Shown piece by piece: positions 26,796 to 39,890 of a stretch of 58,953 nucleotides of DNA; within the stretch, counting starts at the first letter, position 1; every line of letters starts with the position of its first letter. The stretch covers positions 27,215 to 86,167 of the forward strand of contig MQRK01244405.1 in the NCBI GenBank assembly GCA_001938485.1, written 5' to 3'. The position numbers were made by a program, and so were the translations under genes. The notes under the pieces are model-generated. The model searched no databases. It saw only the letters and a list, made by a program, of their open reading frames with translations, and was not told where the DNA came from. The stretch is from Girardia tigrina (lineage: Eukaryota).

Positions 26796-27815
26796 GGCTT
26801 TACGTCGATTGGTCAAAAACAAATTGGTCTAAACAAATAAATTACCCTAACACGAAATTTGACTAAAATTAAACTCGATTAAAATAAATTTGTCTAAAAT
26901 TACAATAAGGATTACGGTCTCCCACTTTCGAGATCAAGATATAGAACTGTTGTGGAAGTTTTTTGGAAGGATTGTCTAAGCCAAACAATTATATTGAGAC
27001 ATGGCATCGTGCATTTCTTTACCAAGTATCCGGTAATCATCCAAATACAAAGTCTCAACTCGTTAAGTCGCAAAACTTGGTTCCAGAAAAAAATTGCGGT
27101 TTAACGAAATTTCCTTATGAATTAATTCTCTTGATAAACATGAACTGTACCTAATTGTCTCAATATTTTAAATTCATAAGATTAAAATTGGATTCACATT
27201 TATCAATGCATCAGTAATTCCTTTTAAAACATTAATATCCAAGTCTAACTTCCTTTATCTCCACATTTTTTCTCTTAAAGGGGATCTTACAAAAACTAAT
27301 CTTACACTCACTTTGACAGTTTAAAGAGGGATCTATATATTTGTGTTCTTATTTTGTATTGGCGGTTGGTGGACTTCGAGGGAATGGCGGTTCATAGGGG
27401 TTTTCAATAGTATTTAAAACGGTTCCAAGAATTTCTAGGCGGTTAGCGAGGGTGACGGTTTAACGAGGTGAGATATTGGAAATTTATCACTGCAATAAAA
27501 AATGACCAGTCACTAAACGAACTAAAAAGTAAACAATCTGTTAGTGGACAACAACCAGCAAGGAAAAAAATGTATTGATTGTGCAGAGAGACTAAAAACA
27601 GTTATACATACTTGGGATGATGAAATGACTGACATGAGAGACTAAAACAGTTATACATACTTGGGATGATGAAATGACTGACATAAAAGTTTTAGATTTC
27701 CTCCGTGGTGTGCTCATAATGTGAAATACTAATAAAGTCTATTCTTTGTCGGATTTTTTCTAATTTTAATTTCAATTATTGTTATGATGATTGTTTTGAT
27801 TTAGACCAATTGGTT
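26796..27815 (+). mobile_element. Mutator/MULE-like remnant
   Basis: PNNYIETWHRAF...NHPN, resuming as KFITAIKNDQSLNE...SGQQP and FLRGV. Homologous to 44432-44689. Left end GGCTTTACGTC. About 50-bp tandem duplication at 27586-27684. Confidence 0.7.
27048..27478. mobile_element. MITE nested in the MULE remnant (pogo-like)
   Basis: Imperfect TIRs CAAAGTCTCAACTCGTTAA and TTAACGAGGTGAGATATTG. Interrupts the HPNI-WKFI motif after a TA. Confidence 0.6.
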
Positions 27816-28624
27816 GGCTCCCATTCATACATTATTATCTCTTTTTGTTTTGAACGATGTTTTATGATATCGTCTTCTTGACCGCGCATCCGAACAATGC
27901 TATGTTGACGAGTGGTCGGTCCGTTTTCGCGATGCTCCACGATCGAGCACAAGGACTCACATCAGTCCCCTCGACACTTCGCGCACGGCATGCGATCATC
28001 GATTCCTAACACATACCGTCAATGCTGGTGAGCCCATCGAGCGTTGACAAGTAGCACCGCTATTCGAAACCGCATCAACCGGATTTAACCGTTACGAGCC
28101 GGTCACGGATTGGTAATCTGACGAGTGAGATGCTGCTGAACTAGGACAGTTCGAGGACGCCAGTCAGTCCGCCGTTGACGAACCCATGCACGATTACATG
28201 GTCAGGGGATCGATCAAAGCCAGGATCGCCACCCTCCACAGTTACATTGACTTTCATTTACAGAAATTCAATTTTAGGAATTTTAAGGAATATTTGTTTC
28301 CGAAAGTTTTACGTTTATCTGTGGACACATGATGATCTTTTTCCGGGTTCATATTTTATATTCTTAAAACTATTTTATTTTATAATTTAGGAATTGTAAA
28401 ATTTATTTATGTAATCTTTAAGGATGAAAGTTGATAAACGAAATTCATAAAATGTTTATTGAGGAAAAATTGAAAATATTAAAAATATCAATAATAATAT
28501 TTTAAAAATAAATTTAACGTGTTCATTATAAAATTTTCTCGTAATATGAAAATTAAAAATTACTAATTAAATATCAAATTCAATTCTACATTTTTCAAAT
28601 AAACTGGTAATTCATGCAACTCAC

Positions 28625-28804
28625 ATTTACGTTTCCAGCAAGAGCACGTTCATATCGCCCATATTGAGCGAGAGCACTGTTCATTTCATCATTGACTCGC
28701 AACATATCGAAAAGAATTGATGATTCTTTTAGTTGTGTTTCTTCCCACCTGTTAATTAATTTTAGAAGTCTCTTTTGCATTTCGCTGTTGATCTCAAACA
28801 GATT
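28625..28804 (-). CDS. TOM1: TOM1-family exon 7 (GAT domain)
   Basis: ttatag / gtgagt, 180 nt, MQKRLLKLI...MLRVNDEMNSALAQYGRYER. Confidence 0.92.
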
Positions 28805-28858
28805 CTATAAGATTATAAGACTACAATAGCACTTCGATGTTAGCAGTCAAATTTAAAC

Positions 28859-29032
28859 CTTCATGAGACTTAGAGCATCATCGGGAATGTGTTCAGTAGG
28901 TGAATATTCATTCATTAATTCACACATAACATCCAGATTACACTGAAACGTTTGTAAATCTTTTGATAATTTATCAGTCAAGACTTCAGGAGATACTGGC
29001 TGTTCAGAAACAATCATAGGTGGAGATGGTGT
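28859..29032 (-). CDS. TOM1: TOM1-family exon 6 (GAT start)
   Basis: ttaaag / gtttaa, 174 nt, KLSKDLQTFQCNLDVMCELMNE...DDALSLMK. Confidence 0.9.
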
Positions 29033-29067
29033 CTTTAAAAAAGAGAAGTTTAATAATCACAATTATT

Positions 29068-29069
<2 letters not shown>

Positions 29070-29115
<46 letters not shown>
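29070..29115. repeat. (TA)n microsatellite
   Basis: Perfect TA run. Confidence 0.95.
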
Positions 29116-29117
<2 letters not shown>

Positions 29118-30154
29118 CTTTTAGAAATATATTCCTTTCATATAATGATACTACCATTAAAATGTCTTAAATTTACAATGTAATTGCACTTAAAATCATG
29201 TCTTGAAAAAATGTTTCATTGATCAAAAAGAAATACTAATGGCATGCGAAGTGCAAATGGCATAAAACCAAGGAATGTAAATTATAATCATAGTCTCATT
29301 AAAACAATCAAACACCATTGAATAATAATAAAAAAAGTTATTTTAGAGGAAATATAAAAAATACATAAAAATTTAAAATAAATAAATTTCAGATAAGGAT
29401 AATACTAAAATGTTTTAATTTCGAAAAATTCAAGAGATTCTTGAAGAGACCAATGGTTATTGTTAAACTGATCAGGTATACGTAAATACAATGGAGATAT
29501 CACAATTTGAGTAAATTAATGGTTAAAACATAGTTTTGTATAATAGAAATAATTAAAAACGATAATCGATCCTTTGACAAAGATAAATAATTAAAAAGAA
29601 CCGATAATTTATATATTCGAATCGCAAGAATAAAAGCCTTATTTGGATGTCCCTCGGAATAATAATAGGGTACTGACCATTCAAGTTCAAATAGAAGAGG
29701 GATTTTAATATTACATTTGGAATAAAATTATGAAATATTATTATATTTTGTTAGGCATCTTAATTAGTTTTTACTTTACATTTACTGGAAAAAAAAATTT
29801 TCAATGATAAAATGTTTTACTTAGAAACGATTTATTAGATTATCAATTAGTAAAAACCGCAAAAATAATTTGTAAATGGTCAAAATTGTTTAAAGCCGTA
29901 AATGAAACATGAAATTTTAGTGATTGTACATAGTTGAAAAAACGAGAAATATTTATTCATTTTATAAACAAAAAGAACGACATACCTCAGTGACATTTTC
30001 GAGATTCCTAATTTTAAAATTTAATGAGATGGAGATTTAAACATAAAAGATTTCAAACAAATTTAAATATTTATCTTTCACTAAAGTCATAGAGTAATTT
30101 ATGTTAAACAAAATTTTTTCGATATTCTTATATTTATGAAATGGAATTTTATAA

Positions 30155-30550
30155 GGGGCCATTGCATAATTACGTAANNNNNNNNNNNNNNNNNNNNNNN
30201 NNNNNNNNNNNNNNNNNNNNNNNNNNNNNNNNNNNNNNNNNNNNNNNNNNNNNNNNNNNNNNNNNNNNNNNNNNNNNNNNNNNNNNNNNNNNNNNNNNNN
30301 NNNNNNNNNNNNNNNNNNNNNNNNNNNNNNNNNNNNNNNNNNNNNNNNNNNNNNNNNNNNNNNNNNNNNNNNNNNNNNNNNNNNNNNNNNNNNNNNNNNN
30401 NNNNNNNNNNNNNNNNNNNNNNNNNNNNNNNNNNNNNNNNNNNNNNNNNNNNNNNNNNNNNNNNNNNNNNNNNNNNNNNNNNNNNNNNNNNNNNNNNNNN
30501 NNNNNNGAAAAATGGCTATTTTTGGCGTTATGTAATTATGCAATGCCCCC
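30155..30550. mobile_element. PIF/Harbinger (Tourist-like) MITE spanning a gap
   Basis: TIRs GGGGCCATTGCATAATTAC and GTAATTATGCAATGCCCCC, with TAA on both sides. Confidence 0.75.
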
Positions 30551-30799
30551 TAAGCTATATTTTAATTTGAATTAATATTTTTCTGAATAGAAAACTTTTG
30601 CAAATGCAAAATAATAATAAATGATACAAATTAAATTTATTTAAATATAATAAAATTTATTTTATTTATAGGTTTATTTAGATTTATATTTAAATGCTTT
30701 GTGTAGCGATGGAAAAAAAGTAGTTATTGTGAAACCATAATTAAGTCTCTCATTCGTTCCTATGTCGGGTTTCAAATCATCCTTTCCTTCAATTATTTT

Positions 30800-31410
30800 A
30801 CTTACACCATCTGTTTCTTATTCTGAAGGTTGTAAAAAAAATTCAAATTTTCTATTCTAAGATCGATTAATACTATAACTTTGAATTTAAAAATTGTATC
30901 TAAAACATATAAAAGGCAGAATATGTTCAGTAATAAATCGAAAACTCCTTTGAGTTTATGCTCTGATCTTGTGTATAAATTTGAGTGCAAATGGGTACAA
31001 CGCCACATATATTGGAGAGACAGTCCGTCATCTCTGTATTGGGGTTCATGGGCATGGACATGGACATCTAAGTGGTAGTATTAATATTGCTGAACATAAA
31101 AAGCATTGTAAATCTTCTGTTGAAATAAATAATTGTAAAGTTTTATGCTGCAATTTTAAAAATTATTGGGAAAGAGTCTCTTGTGAGGCATTGATAATTA
31201 AAGAAGTTAATCCAGCAATTAATGTCCAATCAAGTGACTCATCAACTTTGTTGAAAGTTTTTGCGTGAAACAGTAATGACATAACTGATTGTGCAACCAA
31301 CATTTGAACATATCTTAGCAGCTAAAATCAGAATCGCCTGATGATGACGGATATTCCATTGAAATATATTGCGTTAATAAAAAATATATTTTAAAATGGC
31401 GTTTTTTAAT
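30800..31410 (+). mobile_element. Penelope-like element, 3' fragment (GIY-YIG endonuclease plus pseudo-LTR)
   Basis: LVYKFEC / NATYIGETVRHL...EALII with a frameshift. Hammerhead motif lies downstream of the stop. Confidence 0.85.
31335..31373 (+). ncRNA. Minimal type I hammerhead ribozyme, partly decayed
   Basis: CGC-CTGATGA-T-GACGG-ATATT-CCATT-GAAA-TATA-TT-GCG. Palindromic stem III; stem II has one mismatch. Confidence 0.75.
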
Positions 31411-31696
31411 TTATAAAGAAAAGTTTAGCATTTAAATAAATTTATGCAAAAAAACTATTAGTAATCTTTATTATAATGAAATGTACTATAATGTCACTTA
31501 GGTTGGTTTATCGACCTGCAGCTTAAATTGATGACAACAAAATAAAGACATTAATAAAATAAAATCTCATTGTTACCTCATTTCATATTTGTTACCTCAT
31601 TTCGAATTTGTTACTAACCTCATATCTATTTATGTAGTCAATAGTCAATTTTATTGAATTTTAGTAAATACACAAATTTTTTTTATTACAGTCAAA

Positions 31697-32922
31697 ATGT
31701 CAAATTACGTTTCTACAAAACAGCATTTGCGGGGAGGTTTGCTTTTGTTCTTTAATTTAAGGAAAAATGCAACAGAAGCACATCGTTTACTCTCAGAAGC
31801 TTATCCTGAATATGCTCCAGAGTATGTCAGCAGTGGTTTGCACGATTTAAAAGTGGCGATTTTGACACAGAAGACAAAGAGCGATCAGGTCCATCAAAAA
31901 AAAATTGAAGACAAAGAATTGGAGGCATTACTCGATCAAGATCCATGTCAAACTCAAGAAGAACTTGGAAAAACATTGGAAGTCACTCAACAAGCCATTT
32001 CTAAACGTTTAAAAACAGCCGGATACATTCAGAAACAAGGAAATTGGGTGCCACACGAATTGAAGCCGAGAGACGTTGAGAGACGATTTTGCATGTCTGA
32101 AATGATGCTTAATCACCACAAAAAAACCGTTTTTACATCGTATTGTCACTGGCGATGAAAAGTGGATTCATTACGACAACCCAAAGCGTAAAAGATCATA
32201 TGTGAAGCCAGGCCAACCAGCCAAATCGACACCAAAGCNNNNNNNNNNNNNNNNNNNNNNNNNNNNNNNNNNNNNNNNNNNNNNNNNNTTACGACAACCC
32301 AAAGCGTAAAAGATCATATGTGAAGCCAGGCCAACCAGCCAAATCGACACCAAAGCCGAATATTCATGGTTTGAATGTAATGCTCTGTATTTGGTGGGAT
32401 CAGAAGGCTGTGCTGTACTATGAGCTGTTAAAATCGGGCCAGACAATCACGGGAGAGCTATACAGGCAACAATTGATACGTTTGAAGCAAGCAATAGCCG
32501 AAAAACGGCCAGAATGGGTGACCAGACACGAGAAATTGATTTTCCATCATGACAATGCTCGGCCACATGTTGCAGTACCGGTCAAAAATTATTTGGAAAA
32601 TGCCGGATGGGAAATTCTACCTCACCCGCCTTATAGCCCAGACATAGCTCCTTCTGATTACCACTCGTTTCGGTCGATGCAGAATCACCTTTCTGGAATA
32701 CGGTTCACCAATGTTGAAGGTATTAAAAAATGGCTTGATGACTTTCTAGGCGCAAAAGATGAGAAGTTTTTTTGGGATGGAATCCATAAATTGCCTGACA
32801 GATGGGAAAAAGTTGCCGCTTCCGATGGACAATATTTTGAATAAAATAGTTTTTCACTTTAATACTTAAATAAATGGTTTTTTTAACAAAAAAATACGAA
32901 ATTAATTAGTTGTACACCCATT
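31697..32922 (+). mobile_element. mariner transposon (Mos1/mauritiana-like), frameshifted; left TIR not found
   Basis: WVPHEL, TGDEKW, HDNARPH, YSPDIAPSD. Right TIR-like end TTAGTTGTACACCCATTA-TA. Confidence 0.92.
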
Positions 32923-34072
32923 ATATATATATAAACTAATGAGAACTCTTTAGCAAAGATTTTATTTCTTTTTAATAACATCCCAAATATTGTTTGTTCA
33001 TCACATCAATTCACTCGTATCAATTATACCATTTAACTTTTATCATTCATGTGAAACAATATAATGTTAAATCGTTATTTTAAAGCAAAAAATTTTCATT
33101 GTATACAAAAAAATATTTAGCTGCAGAATATATCCATTATTGTCATTAATAAAATAGATTTCGAAATTTTCAAAAGTTAGGCAAACGGCGATAGCAATTA
33201 AATTGTTTTTGTATCATTTTTGTACTTTTAGCAAGAAAACCTTTAAGAACAAAAAAAACATAACATAGAACATTTATCAATAAATGTCAAGTTAAATGTA
33301 CTACTAGACTATGAAGAAAAATAAAAGAACTTGTGAGATTGCTATTTGTTAACATAAGAATATAAAAACTTAATCGACTTAAAACATTCCTTTTCGATAT
33401 TCTTAGAGACTGAACATATTCAAAAACCGACCAAATATCGTCTAATAGTTAGATGTTTAATTGTTATCATTTTGAAGACTGCTTCCAGATAGAAAGACAA
33501 CAAGATTCATTAATAAATCATTCCTTTATTATTTTTTTAATTATCTCTGTATTTGTTGGAGAGAGATGAGATATAATTAGTATCAGAAGTGATTTTTGTT
33601 GATGAATATTAAGACGATTTTTATTAGCCCTCTTTTCTCTTTAACTCATCTCCAGTGACTAAATAAAACTGAATTAGAAAACTAGGAGCTATTGAATTCG
33701 AAGTTGCGAAGTCATATATTACTGATTATTATAGTGAAAATATTCAATTATAAGTGTCATATAAAAGCAAAATTATTCATTTTAATAAAAGATATCAAAA
33801 GCAAAAAACGTAGGCCTTCGGCCATATTTTCTGTAATTGATGCTGTATAAATATTTTCAATTATGAAAGATAAACTTTATGGACATCAAAATAAAATCAG
33901 ATAGTGCCTTTCAAAATATTCTTCTTTTCATCATCGAATAAATCAATATTGATTGGTGGAACTCAATGGACTTAAATAAATCAAAACAAAAATTTACCAA
34001 TAAATCATTGGAGAAAAAAATAATTCATATATTTAAAAGGTAAAATTTCTGCAACTAATTCACTAAAATTTA

Positions 34073-35327
34073 TTAGGTTGAGGAATAAGTACCCGCCGTT
34101 TTTTTGAATTTTTAATCAATTTTTAATCAATTTAATATTTAAATCAAATTTTTTGATGTAATATTATATGTTATTTGAAAGCTATTGTTTTGCTCTAAAA
34201 AATGGTGTATTTTGTTTTTTTATTCAGATTAATTTTTGTCGATTTTAGACCATTGAAATGGAGTGTCGAGTCGACAAAAATGAGCATTTCCGACACCATC
34301 TATTGTTTGCGTATAATCGAGACGCCAAAGCCAAACAAAACAAACTAGAACAAACTTTTGCATGAAGAAGCGCGTCAAACAACTCGAGAATTGGCGGAAC
34401 AAATGGATTGTGATCAAAAAACTGTCGTGAACCACCTGAAATCAATGAGAAAAGTTCAAAAAATGGGAGCTTGTGTCCCACATCTTTTGACCGAAAACAA
34501 CAAAAACCAGCGATCCACAATTTCGGCGAGTTTGCTTGCCCGTCATCGCTCTACTCACAGTCATAAGCAACAATTTCTTTATCGAATTGTAACGGGTGAT
34601 GAAAAATGGTGCCTGTACATCAACATGAAACAGCGCAAAGAATGGTGTAGCCGAGAAGAACAATCGACACCGCGAGCAAAACAGGATCTTCATCCACGAA
34701 AGACAATGCTATGCGTTTGGTGGGGTTGGGAAGGGATTATTCATTATGAATCGCTTACTCGAAACCAAACAGTGAACGCAGAACTTTATGTTCAACAGCA
34801 GCATAGACTCAACGCCGCTATAAGACAAAGACATCCGGATCGACAACATGGCGTTATTTTGCAACACGACAATGAACGTCCTCATATTGCCAGAATGACA
34901 AAAGAAGCCATTCAAACGCTTGGTTTGGAAGTGTTACCGCACCCTCCGTATTCACCTGACTTGGCTCCATCTGATTTTCATCTTTTCCGTTCGCTTTCTA
35001 ACGCTTTACGTGGTGTTTCGTTCAACAATGATGGAGAACTGCAAGTTTGGTTGGCTGAATTCTTCGAGTCAAGACCGGGCGATTTCTACAACTGGTGTTC
35101 GTATCAACAACGAATACTACTCCCGGCTCGTGCTACAGGCCTGAAAGCTGAGAAGGAAGAGCAGAGTTTGTGAGTTATATTATTTGCACGACAAAAGAAA
35201 AACTCGTTAAACGTTGGGAAGAAGTCGTGAGCAATGACGGAGATTATATTTGTGATTAATCTGTATTAACTTTTTTGTTAAAAATAAAATTTTTCAAAAA
35301 ACGGCGGGAACTTATTCCTCAACCCAA
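34073..35327 (+). mobile_element. mariner transposon with an internal deletion and a foreign 104-bp patch
   Basis: TIRs TTAGGTTGAGGAATAAGTACCCGCCGTT and AACGGCGGGAACTTATTCCTCAACCCAA. Motifs TGDEKW, HDNERPH, YSPDLAPSD. Confidence 0.93.
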
Positions 35328-35648
35328 CAATTTAACCCATTCATTTTAGCGTTTGTATTTAGTCTAAATCAATCTGAAATCTAATCAATGCCAATCAAAT
35401 GACATGACAGGCCAAATAATATTCTAAAAGAACAATTATAACTGCACCAGATTTAAACCTGGTACCATTCATTGTAATATATGTGAAAGATTTCGTCTCT
35501 GAGATTTATTACTGTTAGGGGTTTTTGGTGAATTTTAAATTTTTGAATAATTAATTTGTAATATCATGTTTTTATTAAATAAGTTCAAATAATTTATTTA
35601 TATAAGTTTTAAAAAAATAAATATTTCGGATTACCAAAATTGTAATTA

Positions 35649-36922
35649 CGTGGTGCGCTCAATAAGTAGTGAGCCTAACATAGAAATAATATTCTGATTC
35701 CAATGAATTTTTTTTCATAACAAGCAAGTTATTAAGGTAATATTTGTGATATTTGTTTTAATCTATTATTTGTGTTTCGGTTAGAAAAATGTCATTGGAA
35801 AACGTCCAATATCGAAGCGTTATTCATTTCTTGTTAATGAAAGGGAAAAGCCGGGAAGAAATATTCGTGGAGCTTTGTTCTGTTTATGGCGAAGAGAGTC
35901 CATCCATATCTACTGTCAAACGATGGTTCAACCATTTTCGAGATGGTCGAAGGTCTGTTTTTGATGAAGAAAAGTCAGGTAGGCCAAGTGAAATTGGCGA
36001 AGAAATAGCGAAAAAACTCAAGAAAATCGTGCAGTGTGAGCGACGAATCACCACCAGAGAACTGACAATGCTATTAAATGTCAGCACAAGTACCATACAA
36101 TCACTGCTTGCGGAAACTGGAATTAGAAAATTGTGTTCACGCTTCGTGCCACGGTTTTTAACAGAAGACATGAAGGATCGGCGATTGATGTGCTGCTAGG
36201 AAAACTTAAACCTCTATAAACGTATTGGAGACCGCTTCTTACAGAATATTATGACAATGGATGAAATACCACTTGTCCTTTATGTCCCAGAATCAAGACA
36301 TGAGTCTCAAGAGTGGAAGCTGCCAGGGGAAGGGTGTTCGAAGAAGATGCGATCTTCAACCTCTCACAAAAAAGCTCTCATGTTCACTACTTTTTGGGAT
36401 GCAAATGGAATGATCCTTGCTGATTTTGCGGAAGCTGGTGTTCGTATCAACAACAAATACTACTTCCGGCTCGTGCTACAGGCCTGAAAGCTGAGAAGGA
36501 AGAGGAGAGTTTGTGAGTTATATTATTTGCACGACAAAGCACCTATCCACACAAGTGGTCTGTCAATGTCATCAATTGATGGTTGTGGCCTCACCCTGCT
36601 CTCACACCCTCCATACAGCCCGGATCTGGCGCCATCCGATTATCATCTCTTCAACCACCTCAAGCCAGCTCTCAGGGGTCAACATTTTGCTACGAAAGAA
36701 GACTTAGAGGATGTAGTCTCAAATTTCTTGGCTCAACAGCCATCGAAATTCTTCGAAAAAGCCTTTCTGGACCTTGTTGTGCGCTGAAAAAAATGTGTTG
36801 GTGTGAATGGAGATTTCTTAGAGAAATGATACCTTTATAACTTGCATGTTATGGAAAATAAATTTCATTGGAATCGGATTATTATTTTTATGTTAGGCTC
36901 ACTACTTCTTGAGCGCACCGCG
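35649..36922 (+). mobile_element. Full-length mariner (irritans-like) with about 90-bp TIRs; transposase has stops
   Basis: TA on both sides. TIR CG(T/C)GGTGCGCTCAA.AAGTAGTGAGCCTAACATA... Motifs FVPRFLT, TMDE, HDKA, YSPDLAPSD. Confidence 0.95.
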
Positions 36923-37192
36923 TAAATTTTTAATTTATTGCACAAGACTTTTTTTGGAAATAAATAGTTCGGAGTAACAAACATTGTAAATAAAATTAAG
37001 TTGTAAAATAAAAAATCATAATGTTTTATTGCAATTAATTGTACACCAAAATTTGTATTAAAAATAATTTATAATTAAATGTTTTAAAAATTAATGAAGT
37101 ATAAAAAATATTTAGGAATTTAATTTTAACAGTAGATGTACCATTCAAATATTTTAAAGATCTAAAATTATAATTAAGTTAAATGGTTTTTA

Positions 37193-38756
37193 TTAGGTGT
37201 ATAACTTAGTTTTTTGGATTTCTTCCAGAACAGACAAGTTTTATTCTAATCAAAATATTTTTCATCGTTAATTATGACTTTCGACCATCTTTCAGGCAAA
37301 TTATGAATTCCATCGAAAAAAAAGTTTTGGTCTTTTGATGCGATCCATTGTTCCAGCCATTTTTTTATATGTTCCAGGTTTCTGAAGTGCTGATCCCGAT
37401 GAACGCTTTGCATTGATCGGAACAGATGATAATCTGATCGGGCACAATCTGGTGAATAGGCAGCATGCGGTAGAATTTCCCATTTAAGTGCTTCCAACGT
37501 GTTTTTTACTTGTTTTGCGACANNNNNNNNNNNNNNNNNNNNNNNNNNNNNNNNNNNNNNNNNNNNNNNNNNNNNNNNNNNNNNNNNNNNNNNNNNNNNN
37601 NNNNNNNNNNNNNNNNNNNNNNNNNNNNNNNNNNNNNNNNNNNNNNNNNNNNNNNNNNNNNNNNNNNNNNNNNNNNNNNNNNNNNNNNNNNNNNNNNNNN
37701 NNNNNNNNNNNNNNNNNNNNNNNNNNNNNNNNNNNNNNNNNNNNNNNNNNNNNNNNNNNNNNNNNNNNNNNNNNNNNNNNNNNNNNNNNNNNNNNNNNNN
37801 NNNNNNNNNNNNNNNNNNNNNNNNNNNNNNNNNNNNNNNNNNNNNNNNNNNNNNNNNNNNNNNNNNNNNNNNNNNNNNNNNNNNNNNNNNNNNNNNNNNN
37901 NNNNNNNNNNNNNNNNNNNNNNNNNNNNNNNNNNNNNTGGTATCCATTTTCCTTCTTTTTGAATCATTTTCATAGCATGTAGACGTTTACTTATGGCTGC
38001 TTGAGTAACATTTAACTGGTTTGCAAGCTCTTTCTCTGTTTGAGTAGAATCTTCCTCCAGTAATGATTCCAAATCTTCATCTTCGAATCTTTTTGGTTGA
38101 CCGGAACGCTCTTTGTCACTTACGTCGAAATCTCCACGTTTGAAACGTTTATACCAGTTCTCGCAAGTCTGTTGAGTTAGTGCATGTTGACCATAAGTTT
38201 CTTCAAGAAGCCGAAAACTGTCTGCAGCTTTTTTCTTTTGATTAAAGCAAAACAGTAGTGCTTCCCGCAAATGCTGTTTTGTTGGTATGAAAGTTGTCAT
38301 GGTAAAACGTGATTAAAAATATGTTTATGGCGCATTTAAGGTCAATGACCTACTTAATTTTAATGCCTCGATTTCAGCAATTTAAAAATCTGTACGTACG
38401 ACTGTAAAATAATGCTTATTACAAAGGTCACCATCTCTTAGAAAATCCAAAAAACTAAGTGTAAAGAACACAAATTCGGCTAATAAAAATATATTTAAAT
38501 TAAATATAGATTGGGTACAATAACCATTTAAATTTGGAAATCTCCCCCTTTTATATGAAGGCAATATTATATAATATGCCCGGGGTCAGTTCATGCAATT
38601 GAAATTGACCTTGCAATTGCACATTCCGGTGATGTCATGACATATGAAATCACCGGAATTTGAACTCTAGTTATGTCATAAGATTTGACATCATTGGGGT
38701 TCAATATTACTGAATGTGGTGAGAAATGACATCACCACACTAAGTTATACACCTAA
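37193..38756 (-). mobile_element. mariner transposon (mauritiana-like), central part in a gap
   Basis: TIR TTAGGTGTATAACTTAGT with TA at both ends. MTTFIPTKQHLREALLFCF...WIP and YSPDCARSD. Confidence 0.93.
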
Positions 38757-39142
38757 TAAATAAATAATATTGAAATAACAACATCAAAATAATTTTAATT
38801 TAATAGAAATCGTTGTAATTTAACTAAAATAAATTTTAAAAATGATATAAAATAAAACAGTAAATTATGTAGTTTTTATAATGTACTTAAAGAATTTTAT
38901 AAAATATTAAAATTTGAGAATGTAAAACATTTGCGTGACGGAACTGGGTTAAGAGTCCCAGATGGACAGCATAAGTTTCTTTATAAAGTTTCAATTTAAC
39001 CTTATGTCTTATGATTTATTATGTTCAAAGTGCTTCTTGAAGCTTCAACTTCGACTAAAATAGGTTAAAATATTTATATAAACAAAAATATGGAAATTAT
39101 AATATGAACTTTATTTTCTAAAAATAAATAAAAAATTCTTAC

Positions 39143-39208
39143 AATTACAGTGGTTGGAGCGTCCCCATTAATTGGCTTTACTGGCACTTGAATTGGAGTT
39201 TGAACACT
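39143..39208 (-). CDS. TOM1: TOM1-family exon 5
   Basis: acatag / gtaaga, 66 nt, SVQTPIQVPVKPINGDAPTTVI. An alternative in-frame donor lies 6 nt earlier. The upstream intron is 45 nt. Confidence 0.75.
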
Positions 39209-39253
39209 CTATGTTTAAATGGAAATTGACAGACTAAAGAAACAAAGACTTAC

Positions 39254-39388
39254 TCGTTTTGGTGTATTAATTGGAGACATTGTATTTAGATCTGTCATTG
39301 GAAATTTAACGCCATTTTCAAGTAAGTAAAAATAAAGTAATTCAATTTCTTTAAAATCTGGCTGTCCTTTGAAAGTGTCGTACCAGGT
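39254..39388 (-). CDS. TOM1: TOM1-family exon 4 (VHS end)
   Basis: tattag / gtaagt, 135 nt, TWYDTFKGQPD...GVKFPMTDLNTMSPINTPKR (compare TOM1 [20 protein letters not shown]). Confidence 0.95.
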
Positions 39389-39844
39389 CTAATACATCAT
39401 TTAATAGAGCAAACTTAATGAACAACTAGTAAAGAATGAAGCCACAATTGATTATGAAATTACAATTGTAAGGATGAATACACATGCAGTTATACCTCGT
39501 TTAACGCTACTTCTTTGTGAAGAACTCCCTAATTCACAGAGAATAAAGTCTCTATTATTGCTCTTTTTCAGTGAACGCTCTTGAGCAATAAGCGAGGTAT
39601 TCTTCTATATCAATATTTATATTTTCACATATTGTCAACCAGAGTCATTATTTAGCAAGTTTTGACAACATAACAAAGGGAATATTTTATACACCATTTA
39701 TATTTAGAGTTGGAACACTTAATGTTTAAATGGAAAGGAATTTAATCTTGTGAAACTATCCATTTGTGAGAAGATGTGAGCCTAAAAGGTTCCACTATCT
39801 GACATTGTTTAACTTACCAATTTATTAAAAATACGGTTACTATG

Positions 39845-39886
<42 letters not shown>

Positions 39887-39890
<4 letters not shown>

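Noticed and set aside
28118-28145. CTGACGAG hammerhead-like core
   Set aside because: No stem II or GAAA at a suitable distance.
32171-32357. Tandem duplication of about 68 bp inside the mariner
   Set aside because: The copies flank an N gap exactly, which is the typical unmerged contig overlap.
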